Below are positions 44,032-53,426 of a stretch of 64,000 nt of DNA, piece by piece. Every line of letters begins with the position of its first letter. Position 1 is the first letter of the stretch. The notes under the pieces are model-generated. The model made no database searches. It saw only the letters and a program-made list of their open reading frames with translations, and was not told the origin of the DNA. The stretch is from a phage, in sequence record PV357171.2; one strand, given 5' to 3'. Made by a program: the position numbers and the translations under genes.

Positions 44032-44544
44032 ATGCAAATAATCACAGCTGAAGACTATAGATTATATGGCGGGTTAAAACGACCTGAACTAGAATCTGGA
44101 GTAGAGATGATGATTACTGCTGCCAATGCGCTGATTACTAGCCTTTTAGGTATGGATGATGCTGATGCGGTAGACCAGTTAATCAATACAAAACCTACTC
44201 GTAAAAAATACTTTTTAAGTTCTCCCTCGGCTACTTCAGTAACCAAAATGACTATTAACGACAAGGAGATAGATCCTGAACAGTATAAGTTGTATTCTGA
44301 TGGGGTTATACTTCTTAAATTTAACCCTCCAGAAGGTTATATGGACGTAGAATATACACAAGGTGGATTTAATCCAATTCCTGAAGATCTCAAACTTGCA
44401 GCATGTATGTTAGTAGATCATTGGCACAAACAGGATTATCGCCAAGCTAAAACAATTGGCGGAGAAACAGTTACTTTTAATAATACTAAGTCTGGTATTC
44501 CAGAGCATATTCGTACTATTATTGAAGTTTACAGGAGAGTATAA
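44032..44544 (+). CDS. head completion / head-tail connector protein, putative
   Basis: 170 aa; first gene after capsid; call by position. Confidence 0.4.
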   Translation: MQIITAEDYRLYGGLKRPELESGVEMMITAANALITSLLGMDDADAVDQLINTKPTRKKYFLSSPSATSVTKMTINDKEIDPEQYKLYSDGVILLKFNPPEGYMDVEYTQGGFNPIPEDLKLAACMLVDHWHKQDYRQAKTIGGETVTFNNTKSGIPEHIRTIIEVYRRV

Positions 44545-45311
44545 TGTCTCTTTCTGATTTAGCTACACAAATTATTAAGGAGCAGCTAGATAATGTTGGG
44601 CGTTCCGAGAACAATAAGAATACTGTTGTATATTCTGTTGAAACAGGACTGAAAGATCCTACTAGAGATGGTACTGTTGCTCAGGTATCTTTTAAATTCT
44701 CAAAACCTGTATCCCAAGACCTCCTTAATGTTAGGACCGCTTCTATTCTAAAAGCAGTTTCTTCTAGCTTAGATCTAACAGGAGACTTAGGTGCTTTAGA
44801 AAGTCTTATTCAAGCAACCGCCGGTAAAAAATCCTCTGTAGGTAAAAAACGTTCTACTGGTAGAGTTCAAGTAAACTTTGGGGATCCTAGAGATGTAGAA
44901 GATGGATATTCTGGTGCAGTAACAGGTGCTTCTGGTCGTTTTGTATCTAATAGCAATATGAAGGTTATTCTGGAGTTGGTTGCTAAAGAATACTTAATAA
45001 AGGATATGAAAAAAGCAGGAGCTCCACTTAAATTTAGAACAGGTCGTTTTGCAAATTCTCTGAAAATTAAGGATGTTATGCTTAGAGATGCAGAGACTAG
45101 TAAAGGTGCTCCTGAACTAAACGTGACATATAAGTATATGGTACGTCCATATTCTGTATTTAATCCAGCAGTATCTACATATCGAAGATTATCTCTACGA
45201 CCTTACCCAGGCGCTAGAAACCCCCAAAAACTTATTGGTGAGGCTATAGCAAAAGCTGCAAGAGACCTGATTCACTCTAGATATAAAATCAAGGTTAATC
45301 AAGGAACCTAA
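44544..45311 (+). CDS. tail completion / neck protein, putative
   Basis: 255 aa; TAATG coupling; call by position. Confidence 0.4.
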   Translation: MSLSDLATQIIKEQLDNVGRSENNKNTVVYSVETGLKDPTRDGTVAQVSFKFSKPVSQDLLNVRTASILKAVSSSLDLTGDLGALESLIQATAGKKSSVGKKRSTGRVQVNFGDPRDVEDGYSGAVTGASGRFVSNSNMKVILELVAKEYLIKDMKKAGAPLKFRTGRFANSLKIKDVMLRDAETSKGAPELNVTYKYMVRPYSVFNPAVSTYRRLSLRPYPGARNPQKLIGEAIAKAARDLIHSRYKIKVNQGT

Positions 45312-45314
45312 TAA

Positions 45315-45800
45315 ATGGATCATAGAACAAGTATTGCACAAGCTCTGGTTGACCGTATATCTAAACAGTTGGACGGTTCTCAACCCGACGAATATTTTAA
45401 TAACCTATATGGAAACGTTTCTCGTCAAACTTATAAATTTGAGGAAATACGAGAGTTTCCTTATGTGGCAGTTCATATCGGAACTGAAACTGGGCAGTAT
45501 CTTCCTTCGGGCCAACAGTGGATGTTTTTAGAACTTCCAATCCTGGTGTACGATAAAGAGAAAACAGACATTCAAGAGCAACTTGAAAAACTCGTAGCGG
45601 ATATAAAAACCGTTATTGACACAGGTGGAAATTTAGAATATACTGTTAGTAAACCTAATGGATCGACCTTCCCATGTGAGGCAACTGATATGATCATTAC
45701 ATCAGTTAGTACAGATGAGGGTCTACTGGCCCCATATGGTTTAGCAGAAATAAATGTAACAGTGAGGTATCAGCCTCCACGTAGGTCACTTCGCAGATAA
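45315..45800 (+). CDS. tail terminator protein, putative
   Basis: 161 aa directly upstream of the tail tube gene. Confidence 0.45.
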   Translation: MDHRTSIAQALVDRISKQLDGSQPDEYFNNLYGNVSRQTYKFEEIREFPYVAVHIGTETGQYLPSGQQWMFLELPILVYDKEKTDIQEQLEKLVADIKTVIDTGGNLEYTVSKPNGSTFPCEATDMIITSVSTDEGLLAPYGLAEINVTVRYQPPRRSLRR

Positions 45801-45826
45801 GTTACAGATTAGGAGAAAATAATTAA

Positions 45827-47224
45827 ATGTCTTTACAACTATTACGTAATACTCGAATCTTCGTGTCTACGGTTAAGACTGGTCATAATAAGACCAACAC
45901 GCAAGAGATTCTAGTTCAGGATGATATTTCTTGGGGTCAGGACAGTAACTCAACAGATATTACTGTTAATGAAGCTGGTCCGCGTCCAACTCGTGGTTCT
46001 AAACGTTTTAACGACTCTTTAAACGCGGCTGAGTGGAGTTTCTCTACTTATATCCTGCCATATAAAGATAAAACTACTAACAAACAGATTGTCCCTGACT
46101 ATATGTTATGGCATGCTCTTTCTAGTGGTAAAGCTCTTAACCTAGAAGGTGCTACAGGAGCACATAATAACGAAACCAATTTTATGGTTAACTTTAAAGA
46201 TAACGCGTACCACGAACTGGCAATGCTGCATATCTACATCCTGACTGACAAAGCATGGAGTTACATCGACTCTTGCCAGATCAACCAGGCAGAAGTTAAC
46301 GTTGATATTGAGGATATTGGTCGTGTAACTTGGTCAGGTAATGGTAACCAGCTTATTCCTTTGGATGAGCAACCATTTGACCCTGATACTGTAGGTATTG
46401 ATGATGAAACTTATATGACTATTCAGAGTTCTTATATCAAGAACAAGTTGACTATCCTGAAAATTAAGGATATGGATTCTGATAAGGCATATGATATCCC
46501 TATTACTGGGGGTACTTTCACCATTAATAACAATATTACGTACCTAACCCCGAATATTATGTCTCGTGTTAATATTCCAATTGGTTCTTTTACTGGTGCT
46601 TTTGAATTAACGGGTTCATTAACTGCTTATCTGAATGATAAATCTCTTGGTTCTATGGAGCTGTACAAAGATCTTATCAAGACTCTGAAGGTAGTTAACC
46701 GCTTCGAAATTGCTCTAGTACTTGGTGGTGAATACGATGAAGAACGTCCTGCTGCTATTCTGGTAGCTAAACAAGCACACGTTAATATTCCTACTATTGA
46801 AACTGATGATGTACTTGGTACTTCAGTAGAGTTTAAAGCTATTCCATCTGATCTGGATGCTGGTGATGAAGGTTACTTAGGCTTCTCTAGTAAATATACC
46901 AAAACAACTATTAATAACTTGATTGTTAATGGTGATGGTGCTACTAATGCTGTAACCGCAATTACTGTTAAATCTGCTGGTGATGCTACTACAGTAAACA
47001 ACTCGGCTACTCTTCAAATGAGTGTTGAAGTTACTCCTCCTTCCGCAAAGAATAAGGAAGTTACTTGGGCTATCACCGCCGGTGATGCAGCCACAATTGA
47101 TCCAGAATCTGGCCTATTAACTGCGGACACCACTAAAACTGGTGAAGTAACTGTAGAAGCTACTGCTAAAGATGGTTCTGGAGTTAAAGGTACTAAACAG
47201 ATTACTGTAGCAGCAGGTGGCTAA
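45827..47224 (+). CDS. major tail tube protein (pb6-like) with C-terminal Ig-like domain
   Basis: 465 aa; Thr/Gly-rich Ig-like C-terminus; size matches T5 pb6 as recalled. Confidence 0.65.
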   Translation: MSLQLLRNTRIFVSTVKTGHNKTNTQEILVQDDISWGQDSNSTDITVNEAGPRPTRGSKRFNDSLNAAEWSFSTYILPYKDKTTNKQIVPDYMLWHALSSGKALNLEGATGAHNNETNFMVNFKDNAYHELAMLHIYILTDKAWSYIDSCQINQAEVNVDIEDIGRVTWSGNGNQLIPLDEQPFDPDTVGIDDETYMTIQSSYIKNKLTILKIKDMDSDKAYDIPITGGTFTINNNITYLTPNIMSRVNIPIGSFTGAFELTGSLTAYLNDKSLGSMELYKDLIKTLKVVNRFEIALVLGGEYDEERPAAILVAKQAHVNIPTIETDDVLGTSVEFKAIPSDLDAGDEGYLGFSSKYTKTTINNLIVNGDGATNAVTAITVKSAGDATTVNNSATLQMSVEVTPPSAKNKEVTWAITAGDAATIDPESGLLTADTTKTGEVTVEATAKDGSGVKGTKQITVAAGG

Positions 47225-47228
47225 TTAA

Positions 47229-48128
47229 ATGTACTACTCTCTAATGAGAGAGTCAAAAGTTATAGTTGAGTATGATGGTAGGGCATTTCATTTTGATGCC
47301 CTATCAAACTATGATATACAGACTTCCTACGAGGAATTCAAGACTCTTCGTAGGACTGTTCATCGTAGAACTAACTATGCAGACTCTATTATAAATGCTC
47401 AAACCCCCTCTTCTATCTCTCTAGCAGTAAATTTCAGTAATACTCTTACTGAGGCTAACTTCTTTGAATGGTTAGGTTTTGATAGAAAAGGTAATACTTT
47501 CTTACTCCCGCTATATAGTAGTAATATTGAACCTATTATGTTCAATATCTATATAGTAAATAAAGATAATAACTGTGTATATTTTGAAAACTGTTATGTA
47601 TCTACAGTAGATTTTTCTTTAGATAAGAACATACCAATTCTTAATGTTGGTATTGAGTCTGGGAAATTCTCAGAAGTATCTACGTATAGAGAAGCAGCTT
47701 CTATTATACAGGGTGAAGTAATGTCTTACAGCCCAGTAATAGCTTCTACTAATGGCAGCATCTTACCCGGTCTTATTTCTGCCTCTTTATCTTTCCAGCA
47801 GCAGTGCTCCTGGAGAGAGGATAAGAGTGTTTTTGATATAAATAAAATTTATAATAATAAAAGAGCCTATGTAACTGAAATGAATGCTTCGGCAACCATT
47901 TCTCTGTACTACTTAAAACGTTTTGCAGGAGATATGGTTTATAATATAGAACCGGAGACAGATGTACCTTTAATGATAAGAAATAATAATATTTCTATAG
48001 ATTTTCCTTCAGCACGTATTACAAAACGCCTAGAGTTCTCAGATGTGTATAGAGTTGAGTGGGATATTATACCTATTGCTTCTTCAGACCCAGTGAGAAT
48101 AGATTTCTTTGGAGAAATTAAAAAATGA
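47229..48128 (+). CDS. tail protein (p140-like baseplate tube protein), putative
   Basis: 299 aa between tail tube and chaperone genes. Confidence 0.4.
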   Translation: MYYSLMRESKVIVEYDGRAFHFDALSNYDIQTSYEEFKTLRRTVHRRTNYADSIINAQTPSSISLAVNFSNTLTEANFFEWLGFDRKGNTFLLPLYSSNIEPIMFNIYIVNKDNNCVYFENCYVSTVDFSLDKNIPILNVGIESGKFSEVSTYREAASIIQGEVMSYSPVIASTNGSILPGLISASLSFQQQCSWREDKSVFDINKIYNNKRAYVTEMNASATISLYYLKRFAGDMVYNIEPETDVPLMIRNNNISIDFPSARITKRLEFSDVYRVEWDIIPIASSDPVRIDFFGEIKK

Positions 48129-48529
48129 TTAATTTAAAAGATATTACTCTTGATACTCGTACTATTACTCTTTCCTACCCAGGTATGCCGAACTTTAAAC
48201 TAGAACTTAACTATATGTCTCGTGCTACCTCTAAACGTGTTATTTCTTCTGCTAAACGCGATGAATGGGTTAATGGTACTTTGGTTCAGGTACAGGATGA
48301 TGATAAGTTCATTGAAGCCTTTGTTGACGCAGCTATTAAAGGTTGGACTGGTTTGACTGTAGGTGACGTTGAAAAACTGATGCTGATTGAAACAGACGCT
48401 GATCCTGCTACTGAAGTTCCATTTAGTCGTGATAATGCTGTAATGCTTATGCAGAACTCTGCTGCGTTTGATTCTTGGATCAACCAGACAGTGTTCCATT
48501 TAGACACTTTTCGTAGCTCAAAAGCGTAA
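48125..48529 (+). CDS. tail assembly chaperone, putative
   Basis: 134 aa immediately upstream of the tape measure region. Confidence 0.4.
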   Translation: MINLKDITLDTRTITLSYPGMPNFKLELNYMSRATSKRVISSAKRDEWVNGTLVQVQDDDKFIEAFVDAAIKGWTGLTVGDVEKLMLIETDADPATEVPFSRDNAVMLMQNSAAFDSWINQTVFHLDTFRSSKA

Positions 48530-48590
48530 AGAATTACTAGATGCTGTTGCTGACTTTGCTGATAAATGTATTAAAAGCTCAGCATCTAAA

Positions 48591-48959
48591 ATGACTAAAC
48601 AACAATATTTAATACTTTGTGAATCAATGGGTATAGAACCTGATCCTAAGGCTATGCCTGTTGAACTTGAAGACTTTCCACCTATTGTAGCTATTAGTAT
48701 GAATATTTATAATAGTCTAGTTGACTGTTTCATACCTGGCGACTTTCCTATATTTATAGGTAAAGACAAGGCTGCTTTAGGTGTTTTATTCGATATTTAT
48801 GGGATTACTGATCCCATAGAAAAAGAATTTGTTCTACACATTATCAATATATTTGATTCTAAAGCTGTAGACGCTGCACGTAAACGTGCTGAGAAGCATA
48901 AGCCGCAAAACGGTAGAATACCTAACGTTAAGCCACATGCTAAATCTCGAGCACGGTAA
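48591..48959 (+). CDS. tail assembly chaperone, putative
   Basis: 122 aa, basic C-terminus. Confidence 0.4.
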   Translation: MTKQQYLILCESMGIEPDPKAMPVELEDFPPIVAISMNIYNSLVDCFIPGDFPIFIGKDKAALGVLFDIYGITDPIEKEFVLHIINIFDSKAVDAARKRAEKHKPQNGRIPNVKPHAKSRAR

Positions 48960-48994
48960 AAGTTTCCTCCAATGGGCGTTCCACGATGAGGCTT

Positions 48995-49028
48995 GGCTCT
49001 GGGTGATTTGCCCAGAGCCTTTTTTATT
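48995..49028 (+). terminator. terminator-like hairpin
   Basis: GGCTCTGGG-tgatttg-CCCAGAGCC followed by TTTTTTATT. Confidence 0.55.
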
Positions 49029-49042
49029 GGGAAAAATAAAAT

Positions 49043-52000
49043 ATGACTGATAAGCTAATACGAGAATTACTAATAGACGTTAAACAGAAGGGGGCAACCC
49101 GTACTGCAAAGTCTATTGAAAACGTATCTGATGCATTAGAGAACGCTGCTGCTGCTTCTGAACTAACAAATGAACAGTTAGGTAAAATGCCCAAAACTCT
49201 ATACTCCATTGAGAGGGCAGCAGATAGAGCAGCGAAAAGTCTTACTAAAATGCAAGCTAGCAGAGGTATGCTTAGTATTACTAAATCTATTAATGATATA
49301 GGAGCTAAGTTAGATGATCTCGCTATTACAATGATTGAAGTAGCAGATAAATTAGAAATCGGATTTGATGGAGTTTCTAGATCTGTTAAAACAATGGGCA
49401 ATGATGTTGCAGCTGCAACAGAGAAAGTTCAAGATAGGCTGTATGATACTAATAGAGCCTTAGGTGGTACAGCTAGAGGTTTTAATGATACTACTGGTGC
49501 CGCTGGTAGAGCTTCTAGAGCTATCGGTAATACCTCTGGCTCAGCACGCGGTGCAACTCGTGATTTCGCGGCAATGGCTAAGATAGGGGGTGGTTTACCT
49601 ATCCTGTATGCTGCAATTGCATCTAATATATTTGTTCTTCAGTCCGCTTTTGAGGGCCTAAAAGTAGGTGATCAATTAAACAGACTGGAACATTTTGGCA
49701 CTATCGTTGGGACTATAACGGGTACACCAGTACAGACGTTAGCTCTGGCACTACAAAACGCTACTAACGGTGCTGTATCCTTTGAAGAAGCTATGAGACA
49801 AGCGTCTTCTGCTTCAGCTTATGGATTTGATAGTAAACAATTAGAACAGTTCGGACTAGTAGCCCGTCGTGCTGCTGCTGTTCTTGGTGTTGACATGACC
49901 GACGCACTTAACCGTGTAATTAAAGGCGTATCTAAGCAAGAAATAGAACTTCTAGACGAACTTGGTGTTACTATTCGCCTTAACGATGCGTATGCAAATT
50001 ATGTTAAACAGCTAAATGCTACCAGTACAGGCATTAAATATACTGTAGATAGCCTGACTACCTACCAGAGACAACAAGCATATGCAAATGAAGTTATAGC
50101 AGAATCTACTAGACGTTTCGGATACCTAGATGATGCTCTTAAGTCAACTTCTTGGGAGCTATTTGCTGCTAATGCTAACTCTGCCCTAAGAAGCCTACAA
50201 CAAAGCGCAGCAACATACTTAACCCCTGTTGTAGACACCATCAATGCTTTCTTATATCAAACTAAATCTTCTCAGATGAGGATTTCCGCAATGGCACGCA
50301 GTGCCTCTGCTAAAACCACTCCTACTGAAAATGTTACGGCTCTCATAGAAAACGCTGTAGGTGCACAAGAAGATCTAGATACTTACCTTAAAGAAAGTGA
50401 TGCTCGTGTTAAGAAAGCTCAAGAGATTAAACAGCAGTTAGATGATCTCAAGGCAAAACAAGCTGTTACTGCTCCAGTAGCTAACGCACTTACTGCTGTG
50501 GGCATTGGAGGCGATGAAAGTAATAAATTAGTAGTACAACTTACTAATGAACTGGCTCGTCAAAACCAAGAAATAGCAGAACGCGCTAAAACCGAAAAAG
50601 TTCTCAAACAAGCAGTGGAAGATACTGGGCAAGCCTTACTGCGTAATAGTAATCTAGCTAAGCAATTAGGAGCCAATATGCAGTATGCTGCCACTGCTAT
50701 TCCTGGAGAGACCGGGGTATTTAAGATTGATCCTAATAATCTTAAAGCGGCTGCAGAGGTACAGAAGAACTATGACCAGCTAAAGAAAAGCTCTAGTGAT
50801 ACTGCAAATAATATAAAAATGGCAGCTACTAACATTACCACTGCCAAAAAAGCATCAGGTGACTTAGTTAGCATTATAAAAGCAGTAGGAGATACTGCTA
50901 AGGTAACAGGGCAAAATACAGATACTCTAGTTAAAAATCTGAATCTAGGCTTTGAAAATCTAGATCAAATGAAGGCTGCGCAGAAAGGTCTATCAGAATA
51001 TGTAACTGCTATGGATAAGAATGAGCAGAATGCACTGGAAGTAGCTAAACGTAAAGACGAGGTTTATAACCAGACTAAAGACAAAGCTAAAGCGGAGGCA
51101 GCAGCTAGAGAGGTGCTACTACGTCAGCAACAGGAACAGCTCACAGCAGCAAAAGCACTACTGGCTGTTAATCCAAACGATCCAGAGGCTCTAAAGCAGG
51201 TAGCTAAGATAGAAACAGAGATTCTTAATACTAAAGCTCAGGGATTTGAGAACGCTAAGAAAACTAAAGATCTGACAGATAAAATTCTTGGTGTAGATCG
51301 TGAGATAGCTCTCCTGAATGACCGCACTATGACGAGTACTCAGTATCGTCTAGCACAATTAAGGCTAGAGCTACAATTAGAGCAGGAAAAAACGGAATTA
51401 TATTCTAAACAAGCGGATGGCCAAGCTAAAGCAGAACAGTCTAGACGTGCCCAAGCACAAATAAGTAGAGAACTGTGGGAAGCAGAGAAACAAGCTACTG
51501 CCTCGCATGTGTCAGCTCTCATGGATGCCTTAGAAGTTAACCAAACTCAGAGAAATGTCACTGGTCAATCCCAGATTCTTACTGAAAGGTTATCCATTCT
51601 GCAACAACAGCTGGAGTTGTCTAAAGGTAATACTGAAGAAGAAATTAAATATCGTAATGAGATTTATAAAACTTCAGCAGCCTTAGAACAGCTTAAAAAG
51701 CAAAGAGAGAGTCAGATGCAGCAACAGGTAGGATCTTCATTAGGTGCTGTGTACACTCCTACAACTGGTCTATCTGGGGCAGATAAAGATTTTGCTGATA
51801 TGCAGAATAAGATGGCTTCTTATGACCAGGCTATTTCTAAGCTGTCTGAGTTAAATTCCGAAGCAACAGCTGTAGGTCAAAGCCTTGGTAATTTAACTAA
51901 TGCTATGATTCATTTCTCACGGGGATCTCTAGATACTACGTCTATGATTGCGGCAGGTATGCAAGCTGTATCTTCCGTAATTCAGTATAGTACTAGCCAG

Positions 52001-52702
52001 CAGGTAAGTGCTATTGATGCAGCTATTGCAGCAGAGCAAAAACGTGATGGTAAATCCGAGGAGTCTAAAGCTAAACTCAAGAAACTGGAAGCGGAAAAGG
52101 TTAAGATCCAGCAGGATGCAGCTAAGAAGCAAATCATTATTCAGACGGCAGTAGCAGTAATGCAAGCGGCAACAGCTGTACCATACCCGTTCTCTATTCC
52201 TTTGATGGTGGCGGCAGGTTTGGCAGGTGCGTTGTCTCTTGCTCAAGCATCTTCTGCATCGAGTATGTCAAGTATTGCTGATTCTGGAGCGGATACAACA
52301 AGTTATTTAACCTTAGGAGAGCGTCAAAAGAATATAGATGTGTCCATGTCTGCTAATGCAGGTGAACTATCTTATATCCGAGGCGATAAAGGAATAGGCG
52401 GTGCTAACTCTTTCGTTCCTCGTGCTGAGGGTGGTAATATGTACCCAGGGGTTAGTTACCAAATGGGTGAACATGGTACAGAAGTAGTTACCCCTATGGT
52501 TCCTATGAAAGCTACACCTAATGATGAGCTAAAAACCTCATCTAACTCAACTTCAGGAAGACCTATCATCTTGAATATTAGTGCTATGGATGCTGCAAGT
52601 TTCAGAGAGTTTGCTTCTAGTAATAGTAGTGCTCTAAGAGACGCAGTAGAATTAGCTCTGAATGAGAACGGTGCTAGTCTGAAAACATTAGGAAATTCTT
52701 AA
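49043..52702 (+). CDS. tail tape measure protein (pb2-like)
   Basis: 1219 aa, long coiled-coil Ala/Gln-rich protein; length equals T5 pb2 as recalled. Confidence 0.85.
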   Translation: MTDKLIRELLIDVKQKGATRTAKSIENVSDALENAAAASELTNEQLGKMPKTLYSIERAADRAAKSLTKMQASRGMLSITKSINDIGAKLDDLAITMIEVADKLEIGFDGVSRSVKTMGNDVAAATEKVQDRLYDTNRALGGTARGFNDTTGAAGRASRAIGNTSGSARGATRDFAAMAKIGGGLPILYAAIASNIFVLQSAFEGLKVGDQLNRLEHFGTIVGTITGTPVQTLALALQNATNGAVSFEEAMRQASSASAYGFDSKQLEQFGLVARRAAAVLGVDMTDALNRVIKGVSKQEIELLDELGVTIRLNDAYANYVKQLNATSTGIKYTVDSLTTYQRQQAYANEVIAESTRRFGYLDDALKSTSWELFAANANSALRSLQQSAATYLTPVVDTINAFLYQTKSSQMRISAMARSASAKTTPTENVTALIENAVGAQEDLDTYLKESDARVKKAQEIKQQLDDLKAKQAVTAPVANALTAVGIGGDESNKLVVQLTNELARQNQEIAERAKTEKVLKQAVEDTGQALLRNSNLAKQLGANMQYAATAIPGETGVFKIDPNNLKAAAEVQKNYDQLKKSSSDTANNIKMAATNITTAKKASGDLVSIIKAVGDTAKVTGQNTDTLVKNLNLGFENLDQMKAAQKGLSEYVTAMDKNEQNALEVAKRKDEVYNQTKDKAKAEAAAREVLLRQQQEQLTAAKALLAVNPNDPEALKQVAKIETEILNTKAQGFENAKKTKDLTDKILGVDREIALLNDRTMTSTQYRLAQLRLELQLEQEKTELYSKQADGQAKAEQSRRAQAQISRELWEAEKQATASHVSALMDALEVNQTQRNVTGQSQILTERLSILQQQLELSKGNTEEEIKYRNEIYKTSAALEQLKKQRESQMQQQVGSSLGAVYTPTTGLSGADKDFADMQNKMASYDQAISKLSELNSEATAVGQSLGNLTNAMIHFSRGSLDTTSMIAAGMQAVSSVIQYSTSQQVSAIDAAIAAEQKRDGKSEESKAKLKKLEAEKVKIQQDAAKKQIIIQTAVAVMQAATAVPYPFSIPLMVAAGLAGALSLAQASSASSMSSIADSGADTTSYLTLGERQKNIDVSMSANAGELSYIRGDKGIGGANSFVPRAEGGNMYPGVSYQMGEHGTEVVTPMVPMKATPNDELKTSSNSTSGRPIILNISAMDAASFREFASSNSSALRDAVELALNENGASLKTLGNS

Positions 52703-52707
52703 AACTG

Positions 52708-52735
52708 GAGGAGGACTTTGAGTCCTCCTTTTCTT
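52708..52735 (+). terminator. terminator-like hairpin
   Basis: GGAGGACT-ttg-AGTCCTCC followed by TTTTCTTTAT. Confidence 0.5.
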
Positions 52736-52755
52736 TATGGAAAAATAAAAATTTC

Positions 52756-52784
52756 TTGATAAAATTTTCTAATACTATTATAAT
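52756..52784 (+). promoter_or_regulatory. sigma70-type promoter (TTGATA-N17-TATAAT)
   Basis: Hexamers with 17-bp spacer; followed by ATTAAAGAGGAGAAATTAACTATG leader. Confidence 0.5.
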
Positions 52785-52811
52785 ATTGTTATTAAAGAGG
52801 AGAAATTAACT

Positions 52812-53426
52812 ATGAGATTACCAGACCCATACACGAATCCAGAACTTTCAGGCTTAGGATTCGAAAGTGTTAACCTGATTGATAATGACCCAGTAATTCG
52901 TGATGAGTTACCAAATGGTAAAGTTAACGAAGTTAAGGTATCTGCTCAATACTGGGGTATAAATATTTCTTATCCAGAATTATTTCCAGATGAATATAGT
53001 GTTCTAGATGCTTTTATTCTAGAATACAAAAGGACTGGTGGTTATATAGATGTTATATTACCCCAATACGAAGCTTTTAGAGTTAGAGGTAATACTAGTC
53101 TAGTAAATATACCTGCTGGACAGAAGGGTTCTAATATAACTATGGATACAAAAGGGCTTCTTACAGGTACTCCAAAACCGGGGGATCTATTTAAGCTGTC
53201 TAGCCACCCAAAAGTATATAAAATAACATCATTTAACAAATCAGGTAATACATGGTCTATAAACTTATACCCTGATTTATTTATAACTACTACTGGAGCG
53301 GAGAAGCCAGTATTCAATGGAATACTATTTAGAACAAAACTCATGAATGGTGATGCTTTTGGATCTACACTAAATAATAACGGAACATACTCCAACATCT
53401 CATTAAATTTACGGGAAAGTCTATGA
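52812..53426 (+). CDS. distal tail protein (pb9-like)
   Basis: 204 aa directly after the tape measure gene; strong AAAGAGGAG Shine-Dalgarno. Confidence 0.6.
   Translation: MRLPDPYTNPELSGLGFESVNLIDNDPVIRDELPNGKVNEVKVSAQYWGINISYPELFPDEYSVLDAFILEYKRTGGYIDVILPQYEAFRVRGNTSLVNIPAGQKGSNITMDTKGLLTGTPKPGDLFKLSSHPKVYKITSFNKSGNTWSINLYPDLFITTTGAEKPVFNGILFRTKLMNGDAFGSTLNNNGTYSNISLNLRESL

Noticed and set aside
49024-49401. Antisense ORFs inside large structural genes (49024..49401 -, 50062..50244 -, 51340..51522 -, 51929..52246 -, 53042..53398 -, 54292..54519 -, 56793..57186 -, 58748..59239 -, 58966..59517 +, 59166..59375 -, 62283..62709)
   Set aside because: Embedded within long, well-supported structural CDSs; low-complexity, repeat-driven translations.
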